IMG/VR virus record: IMGVR_UViG_3300020608_000013
Coordinates: 124,001 to 188,000 of that record
DNA: 64,000 nucleotides
Strand: one strand, 5' to 3'
A model generated the notes under the pieces. That model saw nothing but the letters and a program-made list of their open reading frames with translations. It was not told the origin of the DNA and ran no database searches. The position numbers and the translations under genes are program-made. Below are positions 48,941 to 58,918 of this stretch, piece after piece. Each line of letters begins with the position of its first letter. The first letter of the stretch is position 1.

Positions 48941-49744
48941 TTAATGGGTTTTAAGGTGGTTTATGATAGTGTCTTGTAACGCTTCGTTCAAGACAGATGT
49001 ATTGTTCACAACAAGATGATCGCACAGGTTGTTCACAAGATTTTGGGTATAGTTTCCTATACTACCAATACTATTCGGTCGTCTATGTATTTTTTTACCC
49101 CCCTTTTTAAATTCGATTAAGTTTTCTATTTGGGTGGTGTAGTTATATAATACATTTACTTCTGCGTTTGTAAGCACGGCATCTTTTATTGAGGTGATGT
49201 TGTAAAACACCCCCTTTTCTGCAATAATAAAACCAAGTCCACTTCCTATCCGCTGCACAAGCACCTCATCAACAATCTCAAAAGGCGGGCAGGCTTCTAA
49301 AAGATAGTTGGTAATCACCCCTCTATTGTAAGTATGTGTATTAGCGCAACTCGTGAGATCAGATAAATTAATACGTGGTTTCGGTAAGCTGCACAACCAA
49401 GTGTCGAGACCTTTTGATTGCACAGATTGTTTTAGCGCATTAGGTAACGTGGCAGGTGTATGCCAGATTACATCAGTAAACGCTCCGTAATCAAGTAACT
49501 TGACTAGGTAGTTATAATGCGGGACATTCTGGTCCTCCAACGCGGAGAGAATTTCGTGATTGGTTTGATTCATAAAACAAGCACTATAATGTCGTAACAA
49601 CCCAACCGTTTCTTTAAATTCAGCTTCCATTGGCGTGTCTCGTAAGATATTATACCAGAAACCACCAATTTGTTCTCGCAACAGTTTAATAACAGCGCGG
49701 TCTTGCGTTTGACCAACCTCGACATTCACATCAATAACACTCAT
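48941..49744 (-). CDS. Hypothetical protein
   Basis: 267 aa, AGGAG SD. Confidence 0.8.
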   Translation of the reverse strand: MSVIDVNVEVGQTQDRAVIKLLREQIGGFWYNILRDTPMEAEFKETVGLLRHYSACFMNQTNHEILSALEDQNVPHYNYLVKLLDYGAFTDVIWHTPATLPNALKQSVQSKGLDTWLCSLPKPRINLSDLTSCANTHTYNRGVITNYLLEACPPFEIVDEVLVQRIGSGLGFIIAEKGVFYNITSIKDAVLTNAEVNVLYNYTTQIENLIEFKKGGKKIHRRPNSIGSIGNYTQNLVNNLCDHLVVNNTSVLNEALQDTIINHLKTH

Positions 49745-49770
49745 ATTTATCTCCTAGTTTATGAAGGAAG

Positions 49771-49793
49771 AGAGGTATAGTTTCTATACCTCT
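49771..49793 (-). terminator. 10-bp hairpin in intergenic gap
   Basis: agaggtatag-ttt-ctatacctct, no long T-tract. Confidence 0.4.
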
Positions 49794-49804
49794 ACACTAA
49801 CGTA

Positions 49805-51478
49805 TTACTTACTCAAATAATCTCTTACCAAAGCGATTAGACTATGTTCCGCTTCAACATCGTTATTAAGCGTGTCACGAAGGTACACATAAAATTGTTG
49901 TTTTAGGCCAGCTTCTTTACTATCTTTTAAAAAGTGATCCATATGTTCTAATAACGCACTACTTTTAAAACGATCAATGGTATAGCCATCACACCTTACA
50001 TTGTGTTCAAGGTCTTGTAGTACACCTAAATACAGTTTAAATACCTCGATTTCAGGTTGATTGCGATAATACCGTCTAAAGTAATGGTCGAACACGCCAT
50101 TATCGAATTTATCATCCACGCAAACTTTGTAGATGATATTAAATAGGCTATTTTTATCACAAACCCCTACACGCTCTTTTACATAATTGTAGATTCGACT
50201 GACGTTACGTTTAACAACGTCTTTGTATACCCAGGCTGTCGCAACTAAACCGAGTTCTATTTTAGCCTCACTTAGTTGATAGGTCGCTGTAAGCGGTTTA
50301 ATAAGTTTAAGTATCTTTCCTAACCCTACACGTTTTACCTTATTTTCGTAAAGCGATACTAAGGCATCTAAAGAGCCTTTCTCGTCAGGTGAAAGTTCCT
50401 CCGCTACATGTTTTCTAAGTATATTAATATTTAGTAATAGAGGGTCTAATGTGGTATAATCAACATCGTCGTTATTGACAAAAGATTTTAGCGCATTAAC
50501 GACGTACGCATAGCGAACATGAGTAGCGTTAGTTTTCTCAAAATCAAACGTTTTGTACATATCGTTAGTGCGTATCATTAACATAGCGTCTACACAAACG
50601 TCATAACAATCAACATCTGCGTAGTAGTTTAAGTCCACCTCATTAATTTCCGTATATTTCCCCAAATGTTGCGCGAGGTGGTGGGCATCATCAAACTTGT
50701 CATTACGCCCTACATCAATAGCGTCACGCATGTCTTTTAAAAGTTCTGGAGGTAGTGTTAACCCAGAACACATGATCGCTTCGTGGAGTAAGTTAGGTTT
50801 CTTTAAAATGTAAGCCCAGTAATGGTTTAGACAGCGGACGAGTTTAATAATCTCTTTAGATAGTGCAGGGCTTGGGCTTGGTTTTTTACCACCATATTTA
50901 TAAATATCCTGTAGTTCGATTTCTTTAAGTAGTGTGTCAGTCCCTACACTACCTGTCTTTTCCATTAACTCCGCACGACCTTTAAAGAAGTCTAAAGTCT
51001 GTTTCTCAATAGGTGTAAGACGCTTAACTAAGAAATGGTAGGGCGTGTAGGCAAGGTTGTTAAGTCCCATCCGACTACCAGCGATAAAGGCATTATCTAT
51101 AGTCTCTGCGTTGCTCACATAGTACAGTGAGTAATCTGTACGCAATAGTAATAAACATAACGTAGTATTTGTTATATGGTTTACCGTTTTATTAATTTCC
51201 TCAGCCGTTTTATCTTTAAGGATGTCTTTAGTAGTATAGTAAGTAAGATCACCATCATTATAGGGATTTTGTGCTCGCATTATAAAACTTAATTCTAATC
51301 GAGTACAATAATCGCCCTGTTGAACAACACCTTCAGAACCTTTATCACTACACACTTTTGTAATTCGTTTTTCGGTGAGCGTATCACACGCAGTTGGGAA
51401 GAACCCAATGCAATCGATGTAGTGTTTCTCCGTTTTTTCAATTTGACTGTCTGTACAAACGATGTTACTATTTTCCAT
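49805..51478 (-). CDS. Hypothetical protein
   Basis: 557-aa ORF. Confidence 0.82.
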   Translation of the reverse strand: MENSNIVCTDSQIEKTEKHYIDCIGFFPTACDTLTEKRITKVCSDKGSEGVVQQGDYCTRLELSFIMRAQNPYNDGDLTYYTTKDILKDKTAEEINKTVNHITNTTLCLLLLRTDYSLYYVSNAETIDNAFIAGSRMGLNNLAYTPYHFLVKRLTPIEKQTLDFFKGRAELMEKTGSVGTDTLLKEIELQDIYKYGGKKPSPSPALSKEIIKLVRCLNHYWAYILKKPNLLHEAIMCSGLTLPPELLKDMRDAIDVGRNDKFDDAHHLAQHLGKYTEINEVDLNYYADVDCYDVCVDAMLMIRTNDMYKTFDFEKTNATHVRYAYVVNALKSFVNNDDVDYTTLDPLLLNINILRKHVAEELSPDEKGSLDALVSLYENKVKRVGLGKILKLIKPLTATYQLSEAKIELGLVATAWVYKDVVKRNVSRIYNYVKERVGVCDKNSLFNIIYKVCVDDKFDNGVFDHYFRRYYRNQPEIEVFKLYLGVLQDLEHNVRCDGYTIDRFKSSALLEHMDHFLKDSKEAGLKQQFYVYLRDTLNNDVEAEHSLIALVRDYLSK

Positions 51479-51481
51479 GAT

Positions 51482-52282
51482 TTAATTTCCTGTTTTTACG
51501 TAAATGTTATGGTTTTGTAAATATTCAACACTATCATAATCAAAATAGTATTGCTTTTCAGTGATTGTCACGACCTTTAAAGAAGGGCACGCGACTAGTT
51601 CTCGCAAGTTTTTAATAGTGGTGTTAACACATATCAAAGACGCTAAGTTACTAGGAAAGCTCCCATTGAAACAAAAATTACGGCAGTTAGAAAGTACTAA
51701 ACGTTCTAACCGTACTAATGGTTTAAAAACCATTTGATGTTCAGTAAGATCGCAATCGAGTATAAATAACGATGAACAGCTTCGCCACTCATAAACCACA
51801 TTGCGGAGTTCTTTCCTAACATCTAAGAATTTGTCTTTCGTCTTATCTTGTATGACGACCTCTTGCCTCAAATCACTATGTGTGATGACAAATTCGGTAA
51901 ATTTAGCAATGTGACCGTCAGCCCAATGTTTAAGGTTAGGGTGGCTAACAGCACACCCATAATCTTTTAATTCGCTAACGATGGCGCGAATAGCTTTCGT
52001 ATTTGGCATAGTAAGTTCACTGAGTAACGTGACGTTATCCAAATACATGCGTTTAGGCACAACATAGTTAGTAAGAACATTGAAGTCTCCTGACACTTCA
52101 CAGTTCTCAAGCACAATAACACTGGCATTGTGTTTCGCAACGTCTTCTACAGGGAGTCGCGAATCGTTCTTAACGGTTATTTGTTGCACACTTCCATGAC
52201 AAGTATCTCGTAAACCTTCTACTATATCCACATAGTTGTATAAAGCGCCCTGATCATCGAGCAATGGGTAGTTTTCACTCAT
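51482..52282 (-). CDS. LRR-like protein
   Basis: SVIVLENCEV, KRMYLDNVTL, SSLFILDCDL, VRLERLVLSNC, NLASLICVNTTIKNLRELVACPSLKVVTI. Confidence 0.65.
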   Translation of the reverse strand: MSENYPLLDDQGALYNYVDIVEGLRDTCHGSVQQITVKNDSRLPVEDVAKHNASVIVLENCEVSGDFNVLTNYVVPKRMYLDNVTLLSELTMPNTKAIRAIVSELKDYGCAVSHPNLKHWADGHIAKFTEFVITHSDLRQEVVIQDKTKDKFLDVRKELRNVVYEWRSCSSLFILDCDLTEHQMVFKPLVRLERLVLSNCRNFCFNGSFPSNLASLICVNTTIKNLRELVACPSLKVVTITEKQYYFDYDSVEYLQNHNIYVKTGN

Positions 52283-52371
52283 AAATTTCCCCTTTATTTA
52301 AAATAGGGTGTCGGTCAATGAGTTAAGAGATAATCCTTCATTTACCTAACACCCACAAAAATGTTAAATAA

Positions 52372-53130
52372 TTATACTAATTGTTTCTCCAGCGATTCTG
52401 TTTGACCGCTACATGCAAGGACTAGTAGTATAGTATTTAACTCGTTAAAGTTCCTATGGTTTAAGGACAGCATTTTACCCACAACATCATCTTTACCAGA
52501 TGAGTTCTGTTCGATACGTTTATAGGTATTCACCGCACGACTTAAAAGCTCTTCACTATGGCGAAAGAGTAATTTCTCGACAATCTTATCAGGTCGATCC
52601 CATGACCCTATAATAGTAGTAAGGTGTTGCGATAAGGCTTGCTCGACTTCCCAAGGTAGGTCTAACCATACGGGTGGTTTTTGCATATACTGGAGTAGTA
52701 ACCCTACATTAAGAATATCGCTATGAGCGCACCGAATACTCTTTAAGTATACTGCGGCGGCACTTAACGTCGCTAATGTCATATTATCGAGCGTTACACG
52801 GTTTTTAAAGTAATGTGGTATTATGTTACTAAACAGAAAGTGTAAGAACAGATCGTCGTCCAAAATAGAAACTTTACCATTAACATAAGCTGTACACATA
52901 TCGGTTAAAATACGCTGGAATTTCTTAATGACAAAACTATCTAGCCCACCCGACCGTTCGACAAGGGTGCGGGGTACGCTGATACGGTTACTATCAGCAC
53001 TATCAATAACCTCTTGACTGAAATATTGAAAAGGTGAGAATATATTATCTTCTACTGCACTACGGAAAACATTTTCAGCTCTTCTCAATACGAACACTTC
53101 TTGATATTGTACGCTTAATGTAGTTTTCAT
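52372..53130 (-). CDS. Hypothetical protein
   Basis: 252 aa, AGGAG SD. Confidence 0.8.
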   Translation of the reverse strand: MKTTLSVQYQEVFVLRRAENVFRSAVEDNIFSPFQYFSQEVIDSADSNRISVPRTLVERSGGLDSFVIKKFQRILTDMCTAYVNGKVSILDDDLFLHFLFSNIIPHYFKNRVTLDNMTLATLSAAAVYLKSIRCAHSDILNVGLLLQYMQKPPVWLDLPWEVEQALSQHLTTIIGSWDRPDKIVEKLLFRHSEELLSRAVNTYKRIEQNSSGKDDVVGKMLSLNHRNFNELNTILLVLACSGQTESLEKQLV

Positions 53131-53996
53131 TACTTTACTCCTAAAAAAGTTTTAGCTTGACTTACGAAACGTGGCATAACACTGTCTGTAGGGATCATTA
53201 CAGGCTTTTCATTTTCGTGTAAGGGTGTAAGTCTTAGTGTTGGTAAATTATCGAAAAAACGCTGTTTAAGCTCGGCTACGATTTTTGGGTGGCGTAACCA
53301 ACGGGCCAGCTCTTCGCCTTCATAGTTACCGAAACTTCCGCGTAATTTATCTAACTTGTTAGAGGTGAGGTGGAGATGTAATTGCTTAATTTGTCCCTCG
53401 CTCAACTTGTCAAATAAGTTATGGCTTAACCCTTTATATCGCACAGGATGACCAGCTAATAAAACATCTACAAATTCGTCGACGATGGGTGCAAAAGGCC
53501 GTTGTACCATGTTTTCTATATGCGATTCACAATGTGCGAGCACCTCATCAACATACCCTTGTAATTTCCAGCTATCTAAAGCGTGTATATCCATATACCG
53601 AATCATTTCTTCAATGATAGGTTGCTCTGGATCGTTGAAATCTAATTCATTTATCGGTGTTCGACTAACTTTCTCAATCGCACGTACAGTTAGGTAAAGG
53701 ATGAATGGGTCTTTATCAATCGAGAAATTAGAGCCAAAACTGTACAGTTGTAAAACATCTTTACAGAACGCATCGCGCTTTTCAACACTATCCTGCTCCC
53801 AGAAAATTGGTTCGTCGTTTACGTGAGTACAAGATGTATTTATTAACGTATTCCACTCTTCTTTGGTGAAATAATGATAGATTACGTTATTACATGCTAG
53901 ACTCTCCTTATTTAACTCATTAGTAATTGAACTAAAAAATGACACGACAGGTTTTAATAGGATCAGTTCTTTATTCACGGAGGTGTACATTAACAT
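53130..53996 (-). CDS. Hypothetical protein
   Basis: 288-aa ORF. Confidence 0.78.
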   Translation of the reverse strand: MLMYTSVNKELILLKPVVSFFSSITNELNKESLACNNVIYHYFTKEEWNTLINTSCTHVNDEPIFWEQDSVEKRDAFCKDVLQLYSFGSNFSIDKDPFILYLTVRAIEKVSRTPINELDFNDPEQPIIEEMIRYMDIHALDSWKLQGYVDEVLAHCESHIENMVQRPFAPIVDEFVDVLLAGHPVRYKGLSHNLFDKLSEGQIKQLHLHLTSNKLDKLRGSFGNYEGEELARWLRHPKIVAELKQRFFDNLPTLRLTPLHENEKPVMIPTDSVMPRFVSQAKTFLGVK

Positions 53997-54013
53997 AGTC
54001 TCTTATTTTATTT

Positions 54014-54047
54014 AAAAAAAAATAGGTGTTGGTCGCCAACCAACACC
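54014..54047 (-). terminator. Intrinsic terminator (near-canonical spacing), T9
   Basis: ggtgttggt-cgcca-accaacacc then TATTTTTTTTT on the minus strand. Confidence 0.8.
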
Positions 54048-54066
54048 CCACGGTTTACTACAACTT

Positions 54067-55122
54067 TCAACGTTCGTTCAATTCTGTGACGAACCTAACC
54101 AGTTGTTCTTTAAAAGCTTCGAGATCGGGTTCATGTAATTTACATGGGCCAAGTTCTTCGAGACCTTTCAAGGGTCGAATTTCTCCCGCAATGTAAGCTT
54201 TCAATAACACTTTTTCAAACCCTAATAGTTGATCACTAACTCTAGGTATGAATTGATTAAGCGGGAAGGGATTTTGACTATCGTTGAACTGATCACCCAC
54301 TACCTCTTTCCAGATAGTGTATTTAGCGTAGGCTAAATATGAATTAATACGAACCACTTTGTTATCTACGACTGAGGCTTTCGTGCAGATCAAATCCACT
54401 CTTTTAACGAGTAGGTCGACTAAATTATTCACTCTATCAGTGAGACAAATTGGTAATTGTGTCCCTGTTGAAGGAGTGGTTCGAGAAGGTGGTGTTGTTC
54501 TCGCGTACTCATTAACTTGTATATGGAAACCTTCGTAAGTGACAGTGACAGGACAATACCCGTGCTGCGTAACAATATCGCCTACATAAGCGCGTAAGTT
54601 ATCAAGAATTGTATTAGCGATAACATCGTAAGTTACAGTGGTCTGTGTAGAGCCGTTATAGCAGTCGATAATACCTGTAGCTAACGACTCCACCCATTTA
54701 TCAATACCTGTGTCATCACTAAAAGTGATATTATTTAAACGCGACTTACGGTAATCATCGTCGTTCAACATGGCTAAAAATAGCCGCGTATCGCCGTTCA
54801 AATAGTTACTTAGCAGTTTATTAAAGTTGTTGGAAGTCGCGCATTTAGGACATAGCTCGATAGCTCTAAACATTATAAAAGCTTTGAGCGTATTATATTT
54901 TTCTGGCACGTATGCAACGGCGAATGGTTTAAAATCGCGGTCTAGTCTAAACCCAGCATCTAGTATTTTAGTAAAGTCGTCTCTAGTGACGGCTCTTGTA
55001 CTCTTAGCAATCGCATCCAAGACACTTTCACTAATATCATATTCTTTACAAAGAGCTTCTAAACCCCCGTCATGCAGGTAGTGTAAGGGCTTTACACTTA
55101 ACTTGGTGGGTGCTAATTTCAT
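54067..55122 (-). CDS. Hypothetical protein
   Basis: 351 aa, AAGGAG SD. Confidence 0.8.
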   Translation of the reverse strand: MKLAPTKLSVKPLHYLHDGGLEALCKEYDISESVLDAIAKSTRAVTRDDFTKILDAGFRLDRDFKPFAVAYVPEKYNTLKAFIMFRAIELCPKCATSNNFNKLLSNYLNGDTRLFLAMLNDDDYRKSRLNNITFSDDTGIDKWVESLATGIIDCYNGSTQTTVTYDVIANTILDNLRAYVGDIVTQHGYCPVTVTYEGFHIQVNEYARTTPPSRTTPSTGTQLPICLTDRVNNLVDLLVKRVDLICTKASVVDNKVVRINSYLAYAKYTIWKEVVGDQFNDSQNPFPLNQFIPRVSDQLLGFEKVLLKAYIAGEIRPLKGLEELGPCKLHEPDLEAFKEQLVRFVTELNER

Positions 55123-55451
55123 GACATCTCCTTTTTATCGCCGTGTATGTGGTTTAGGTATTTAACTTCATCAATAAGTGCGTCGAGCGCTTTATTGACC
55201 AATGGGTATAGTGGTTGCCCTGTAAAATACACCTTTGTTTCTTCAGGTTCGTTAATAAACTCAGTTGTTGTACGGTTGAATAACATAGGCTCGACTTGTT
55301 TAAGTTCGCGTCTTGTGTAAAAAGATGCAAAAAGACTAAGAATGTCTTCTGGTGCCAGTTTAATTACTGTATTGTAATAGTAATGTACTAAACTTAGTTT
55401 TTCTTTTAAAGATTGTTCATCAATTTTAAAAATTGTATATTTTGACTCCAT
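55119..55451 (-). CDS. Hypothetical protein
   Basis: 110 aa, AAGGAG SD. Confidence 0.75.
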   Translation of the reverse strand: MESKYTIFKIDEQSLKEKLSLVHYYYNTVIKLAPEDILSLFASFYTRRELKQVEPMLFNRTTTEFINEPEETKVYFTGQPLYPLVNKALDALIDEVKYLNHIHGDKKEMS

Positions 55452-55529
55452 TTGAGTTCTCCTTTATTTCTCACTATATTTACTTACACGGTATTTTATT
55501 ACCGTGTAAGCTGTTACAAAATATGTTGT

Positions 55530-56108
55530 TTATTTAAATAAGTTTTTCAATCGACTTACAACATATTTTAAAGACCCCATTAACTGTTTTGTAATTAAGG
55601 TAGCGGCTAACGTAAAATTAAAACTAGTTTTCTCCATATTAGAAACTTTATCAATAGTGTGTGGTACATACCCATTTAGAAAAAGAAAGTAATGGTTTGT
55701 ATCACCACCATCGTCGACCGCATGAATAATATTAACGCCCCCACTCAAAGGTTTTGTAACACGATGCTTTAACCACTTAATGTGATAGATAATACTATAA
55801 CGCTCCTTTCCCACCCTAGTATTGACCCATTTCACAATAGGGTGGTAATAAGAATAACCTTTATCAATTACCTCTACTTCATTTAATAGATTAACGTCAA
55901 TAGATTCTAAAAACCGTTTATTGTTTAAGCAAATTAAATTAATTATAAATAACGGTTTATCAACGCGGACATAACTTACCACAGGGATAATTAATTTACT
56001 ATTTTTAAAGAACGTATATAGTGTATCATAGTTTATCCTACATTCGTAATAATCTACTACATAAGTCCAATTTTTAGCAAACATTTCTTCTTTACTAAAT
56101 ACATGCAT
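55530..56108 (-). CDS. Hypothetical protein, paralog family D
   Basis: FIINLICLNNKRFLESIDVN...KWVN matches 56131 YVIDLVCINDDYLLDNIDLN...KWVN. Confidence 0.75.
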   Translation of the reverse strand: MHVFSKEEMFAKNWTYVVDYYECRINYDTLYTFFKNSKLIIPVVSYVRVDKPLFIINLICLNNKRFLESIDVNLLNEVEVIDKGYSYYHPIVKWVNTRVGKERYSIIYHIKWLKHRVTKPLSGGVNIIHAVDDGGDTNHYFLFLNGYVPHTIDKVSNMEKTSFNFTLAATLITKQLMGSLKYVVSRLKNLFK

Positions 56109-56130
56109 AATAGCTTCCCCTACATTTTAC

Positions 56131-56643
56131 TTAAAAGTGGCGTTTAAACCAATTTAAACACTTTCTAAAAAACGACTCTACCTCTTCAAATGGCAGAGGG
56201 TTTACAGAAAGGTTATAATTTTCATTTAACCCGTAGCGGTGGTTTAACCATATAATCATACCAACATCGTCTTTTAGAACACTCATCTTTTCAAGTATGT
56301 TATCGGGGCAATCGGGTAGATTATGGTCTAGGAGTCGTTCTATGTGACCAACTGCTAGTTTACGATCGTTTTGGGGTAAACCATTTACCCATTTTGAAAA
56401 GTAAACATGGTCTTTAAAAAGCGCTGTGCTCGTAAGTACCCCACCATTTAAATCGATATTATCCAGTAAGTAGTCGTCATTTATACACACTAAGTCGATT
56501 ACATACCTAACATCTAAAGGGACAATGAGTTGCCTAGGCATAACCAACATTAAACCCATTGCTTTTTCGACATACGCTTCATACCTGTGGGGGTGCTCGT
56601 ATAGTTCAACAAAAAACAAGGGTACGTTTATACCTGATTCCAT
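56131..56643 (-). CDS. Hypothetical protein, paralog family D
   Basis: 170 aa; shared motifs as above. Confidence 0.75.
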   Translation of the reverse strand: MESGINVPLFFVELYEHPHRYEAYVEKAMGLMLVMPRQLIVPLDVRYVIDLVCINDDYLLDNIDLNGGVLTSTALFKDHVYFSKWVNGLPQNDRKLAVGHIERLLDHNLPDCPDNILEKMSVLKDDVGMIIWLNHRYGLNENYNLSVNPLPFEEVESFFRKCLNWFKRHF

Positions 56644-58325
56644 TTACGACCCCCATTGTGAGGTTGCGTAATAACGTTTACGCTTTTACCCATCTTCGTC
56701 AGTCGTTTAAAATTTTCCATACTACCAACTGACTTCCCATCCCATATTACAATACCTCTCGTACAATCCGTACTCATGTGAAAGTCTTTAGCCATGTGTA
56801 AGATACGTCCGTTACTACTCTTCGCTTCGATGTAGCGTAAATGGAATAGACCGCTTGCTAAATTACGCGGTTGTTTACCTGAGTAGTAGACCATCACATT
56901 CTTTTCATAGTGGTGCTTCTTCAAGTATTCTTGTACAAGCGTGTCTACACCGCTACAATCCCCCACAAACACGATTTCGTTATTAGTCATTAAAACATCA
57001 AGTCCTTTAATCACTTTAGGAGGTAATTCTCGTACAATAGACCGAGACCCACTTATGAAGACACTATCTCGACCACTAAATAAGTCAGCAAGAGGTTCTT
57101 TCAATAGCTGCTTAATAATGTTGTCAAACTCAACCACTAAAACGGAATCTACATTAGTGACATCTACACTATGCTCAAACACCTTGAGAATAATAGAAAA
57201 ATATTCATTATTATTCATTTTATTTTGAGCCACTTGTTCTTTAACACAAGCGATTATTTCATCACTATCTCTAAAGATAGTGTATTCTTGACATATTTTT
57301 TCCAGTATAGCGATCCCTGTCGCAACGCTAGTATTTAATATAGCATCAATATTACCTTCAATAGCTTGCTTAAAACTAGCTATTGTCTTTACAGGTGTTA
57401 TTGTAATACCCCCTGTTATTAACGTTTCAAAGAGTTTTTCAAAACTCTTCTCAGCTTCTAAAGTACTCCCAAGATTATCGAAATAATCACCCATGTCATC
57501 AATAGTCAACCCGTTAATAACCTCTACAGACTTGTTAAATAAGGTATTAAGTTCGTTCAATACGCGTTGATATTGCTCAGTGATATTATAAGACGCGATC
57601 TCTCCTTCAGATAGTGCGTAGGGTTCGAGAACCTTTCGTAAAAAGTAAATAAGCGTATTAGTGTCACCATTACCCAATACACCCGTTAACGCTACATCGC
57701 CCATAGCTTCTAAATCACGGGTCACACCATATGCACGCTCCACCTCTACTAGGAAGTTTAATATGGTGTAATTAGCTCGCTCTACTTTACTATTAATTAT
57801 GTTCAGTATATCGTATAGTGCGGTAACTACCACGACATCATTCACATAAAACAAGGTTTCTTCGCTACTTTCCCTAGCCTCTTCCAGTATTTCACCGACC
57901 AATCCGTCGTTTACTCTACCAGTTTCTTCAAGTTTAAAAGTTGCGTATTCTAATATCTCCTTTTTAAATTCTATTAATACTGAATTTATCATTTTAATAT
58001 CAATAGACATTAAGCATAGGTCGAGGTCATGAGTGGTCAACCCAGATTTAAACACTTTTAGTACATCAGGTTTTGACCGCCCGTCATTAATAATCTTTAC
58101 TATTTTATCATTGTCAAAGCCAAACTTTAGTCTATTATTTAACCATAATAACGTTTGCGTGAACCCTTTTGTATTGAGGGCACGTAGATCACTTTCGCTT
58201 AATTCAATAAGTATGAAGCCGTTAATATGCTTTTTACAAGCTTCTTTATCCTTTTCAGAGTACTCTGTGTTAGGTAGTGTTAGCGAATCTGCTATATCGT
58301 TTAATAATGTATTTTTTACTTTCAT
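56628..58325 (-). CDS. Helical N-terminal region fused to a C-terminal SLOG-superfamily domain
   Basis: C-terminal ~135 aa (~56660-57065): VFISGSRS, FVGDCSGVDTLVQEYL, PRN, KDFHM, GIVIWDGKSVGSMENFKRL...GKSV, which is the SLOG (YspA/YAcAr-like) Rossmannoid pattern. Confidence 0.8.
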   Translation of the reverse strand: MKVKNTLLNDIADSLTLPNTEYSEKDKEACKKHINGFILIELSESDLRALNTKGFTQTLLWLNNRLKFGFDNDKIVKIINDGRSKPDVLKVFKSGLTTHDLDLCLMSIDIKMINSVLIEFKKEILEYATFKLEETGRVNDGLVGEILEEARESSEETLFYVNDVVVVTALYDILNIINSKVERANYTILNFLVEVERAYGVTRDLEAMGDVALTGVLGNGDTNTLIYFLRKVLEPYALSEGEIASYNITEQYQRVLNELNTLFNKSVEVINGLTIDDMGDYFDNLGSTLEAEKSFEKLFETLITGGITITPVKTIASFKQAIEGNIDAILNTSVATGIAILEKICQEYTIFRDSDEIIACVKEQVAQNKMNNNEYFSIILKVFEHSVDVTNVDSVLVVEFDNIIKQLLKEPLADLFSGRDSVFISGSRSIVRELPPKVIKGLDVLMTNNEIVFVGDCSGVDTLVQEYLKKHHYEKNVMVYYSGKQPRNLASGLFHLRYIEAKSSNGRILHMAKDFHMSTDCTRGIVIWDGKSVGSMENFKRLTKMGKSVNVITQPHNGGRKWNQV

Positions 58326-58425
58326 GTTGATTTCCTAATTGTTGAAAAAATTTACCAATAACCCATTTCTTAATTTTACATTAGAACCTCCTTCATTTCT
58401 ACACAAACTATTTTTTTAAAGTGGT

Positions 58426-58481
58426 AAAAAAATATTAAAACAGATTATGTATAGGAGGTAGTCTAACTACCTCCCATACAT
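58426..58481 (-). terminator. Hairpin (58447-58481, one mismatch), 14-nt gap, then T7
   Basis: atgtat-a-ggaggtag-tctaa-ctacctcc-c-atacat. Confidence 0.65.
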
Positions 58482-58486
58482 CCACG

Positions 58487-58639
58487 CTACTCTTCTAAAT
58501 CACGGTGCAGGTGTTCGCCTACATCGATTGGCTCACTATCATCGTCGTCATCATCAATGGAGTCTACCACGGCATCAAACGTCAGTGACTCATCTTCTGG
58601 CAAACATTTTACCAAAAGGTTTATTAATTGTTCGATCAT
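58487..58639 (-). CDS. Hyperacidic micro-protein (50 aa), not in ORF track
   Basis: MIEQLINLLVKCLPEDESLTFDAVVDSIDDDDDDSEPIDVGEHLHRDLEE; 18 D/E; ATGA coupling to the upstream stop, GAGG SD. Confidence 0.65.
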   Translation of the reverse strand: MIEQLINLLVKCLPEDESLTFDAVVDSIDDDDDDSEPIDVGEHLHRDLEE

Positions 58640-58902
58640 GAATCGCCCTCCGTCTCAATACTACACTCTCTCAAATAGAGTTGTGTCACAGAACGATCTA
58701 ACAAAATACCAGCTTTGTTAGTTTTAGGGTAACTATACACTCTGTCTAGAAGCCTCCTCCGCACCTCTGCTAAAGTCGCGTTTGGTGTGAAAACCAGCCC
58801 ACAATCCCTCTCTAATAATTGACGGACTTTCACTACATCAAGTTGTCTTGAATGTCGCTCGATGACAACAGACACTGTGAAAAAATATGATACGTCGTTC
58901 AT
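58636..58902 (-). CDS. Hypothetical protein
   Basis: 88 aa, GAGG SD. Confidence 0.7.
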   Translation of the reverse strand: MNDVSYFFTVSVVIERHSRQLDVVKVRQLLERDCGLVFTPNATLAEVRRRLLDRVYSYPKTNKAGILLDRSVTQLYLRECSIETEGDS

Positions 58903-58918
58903 AATAACCTCTTATTAC

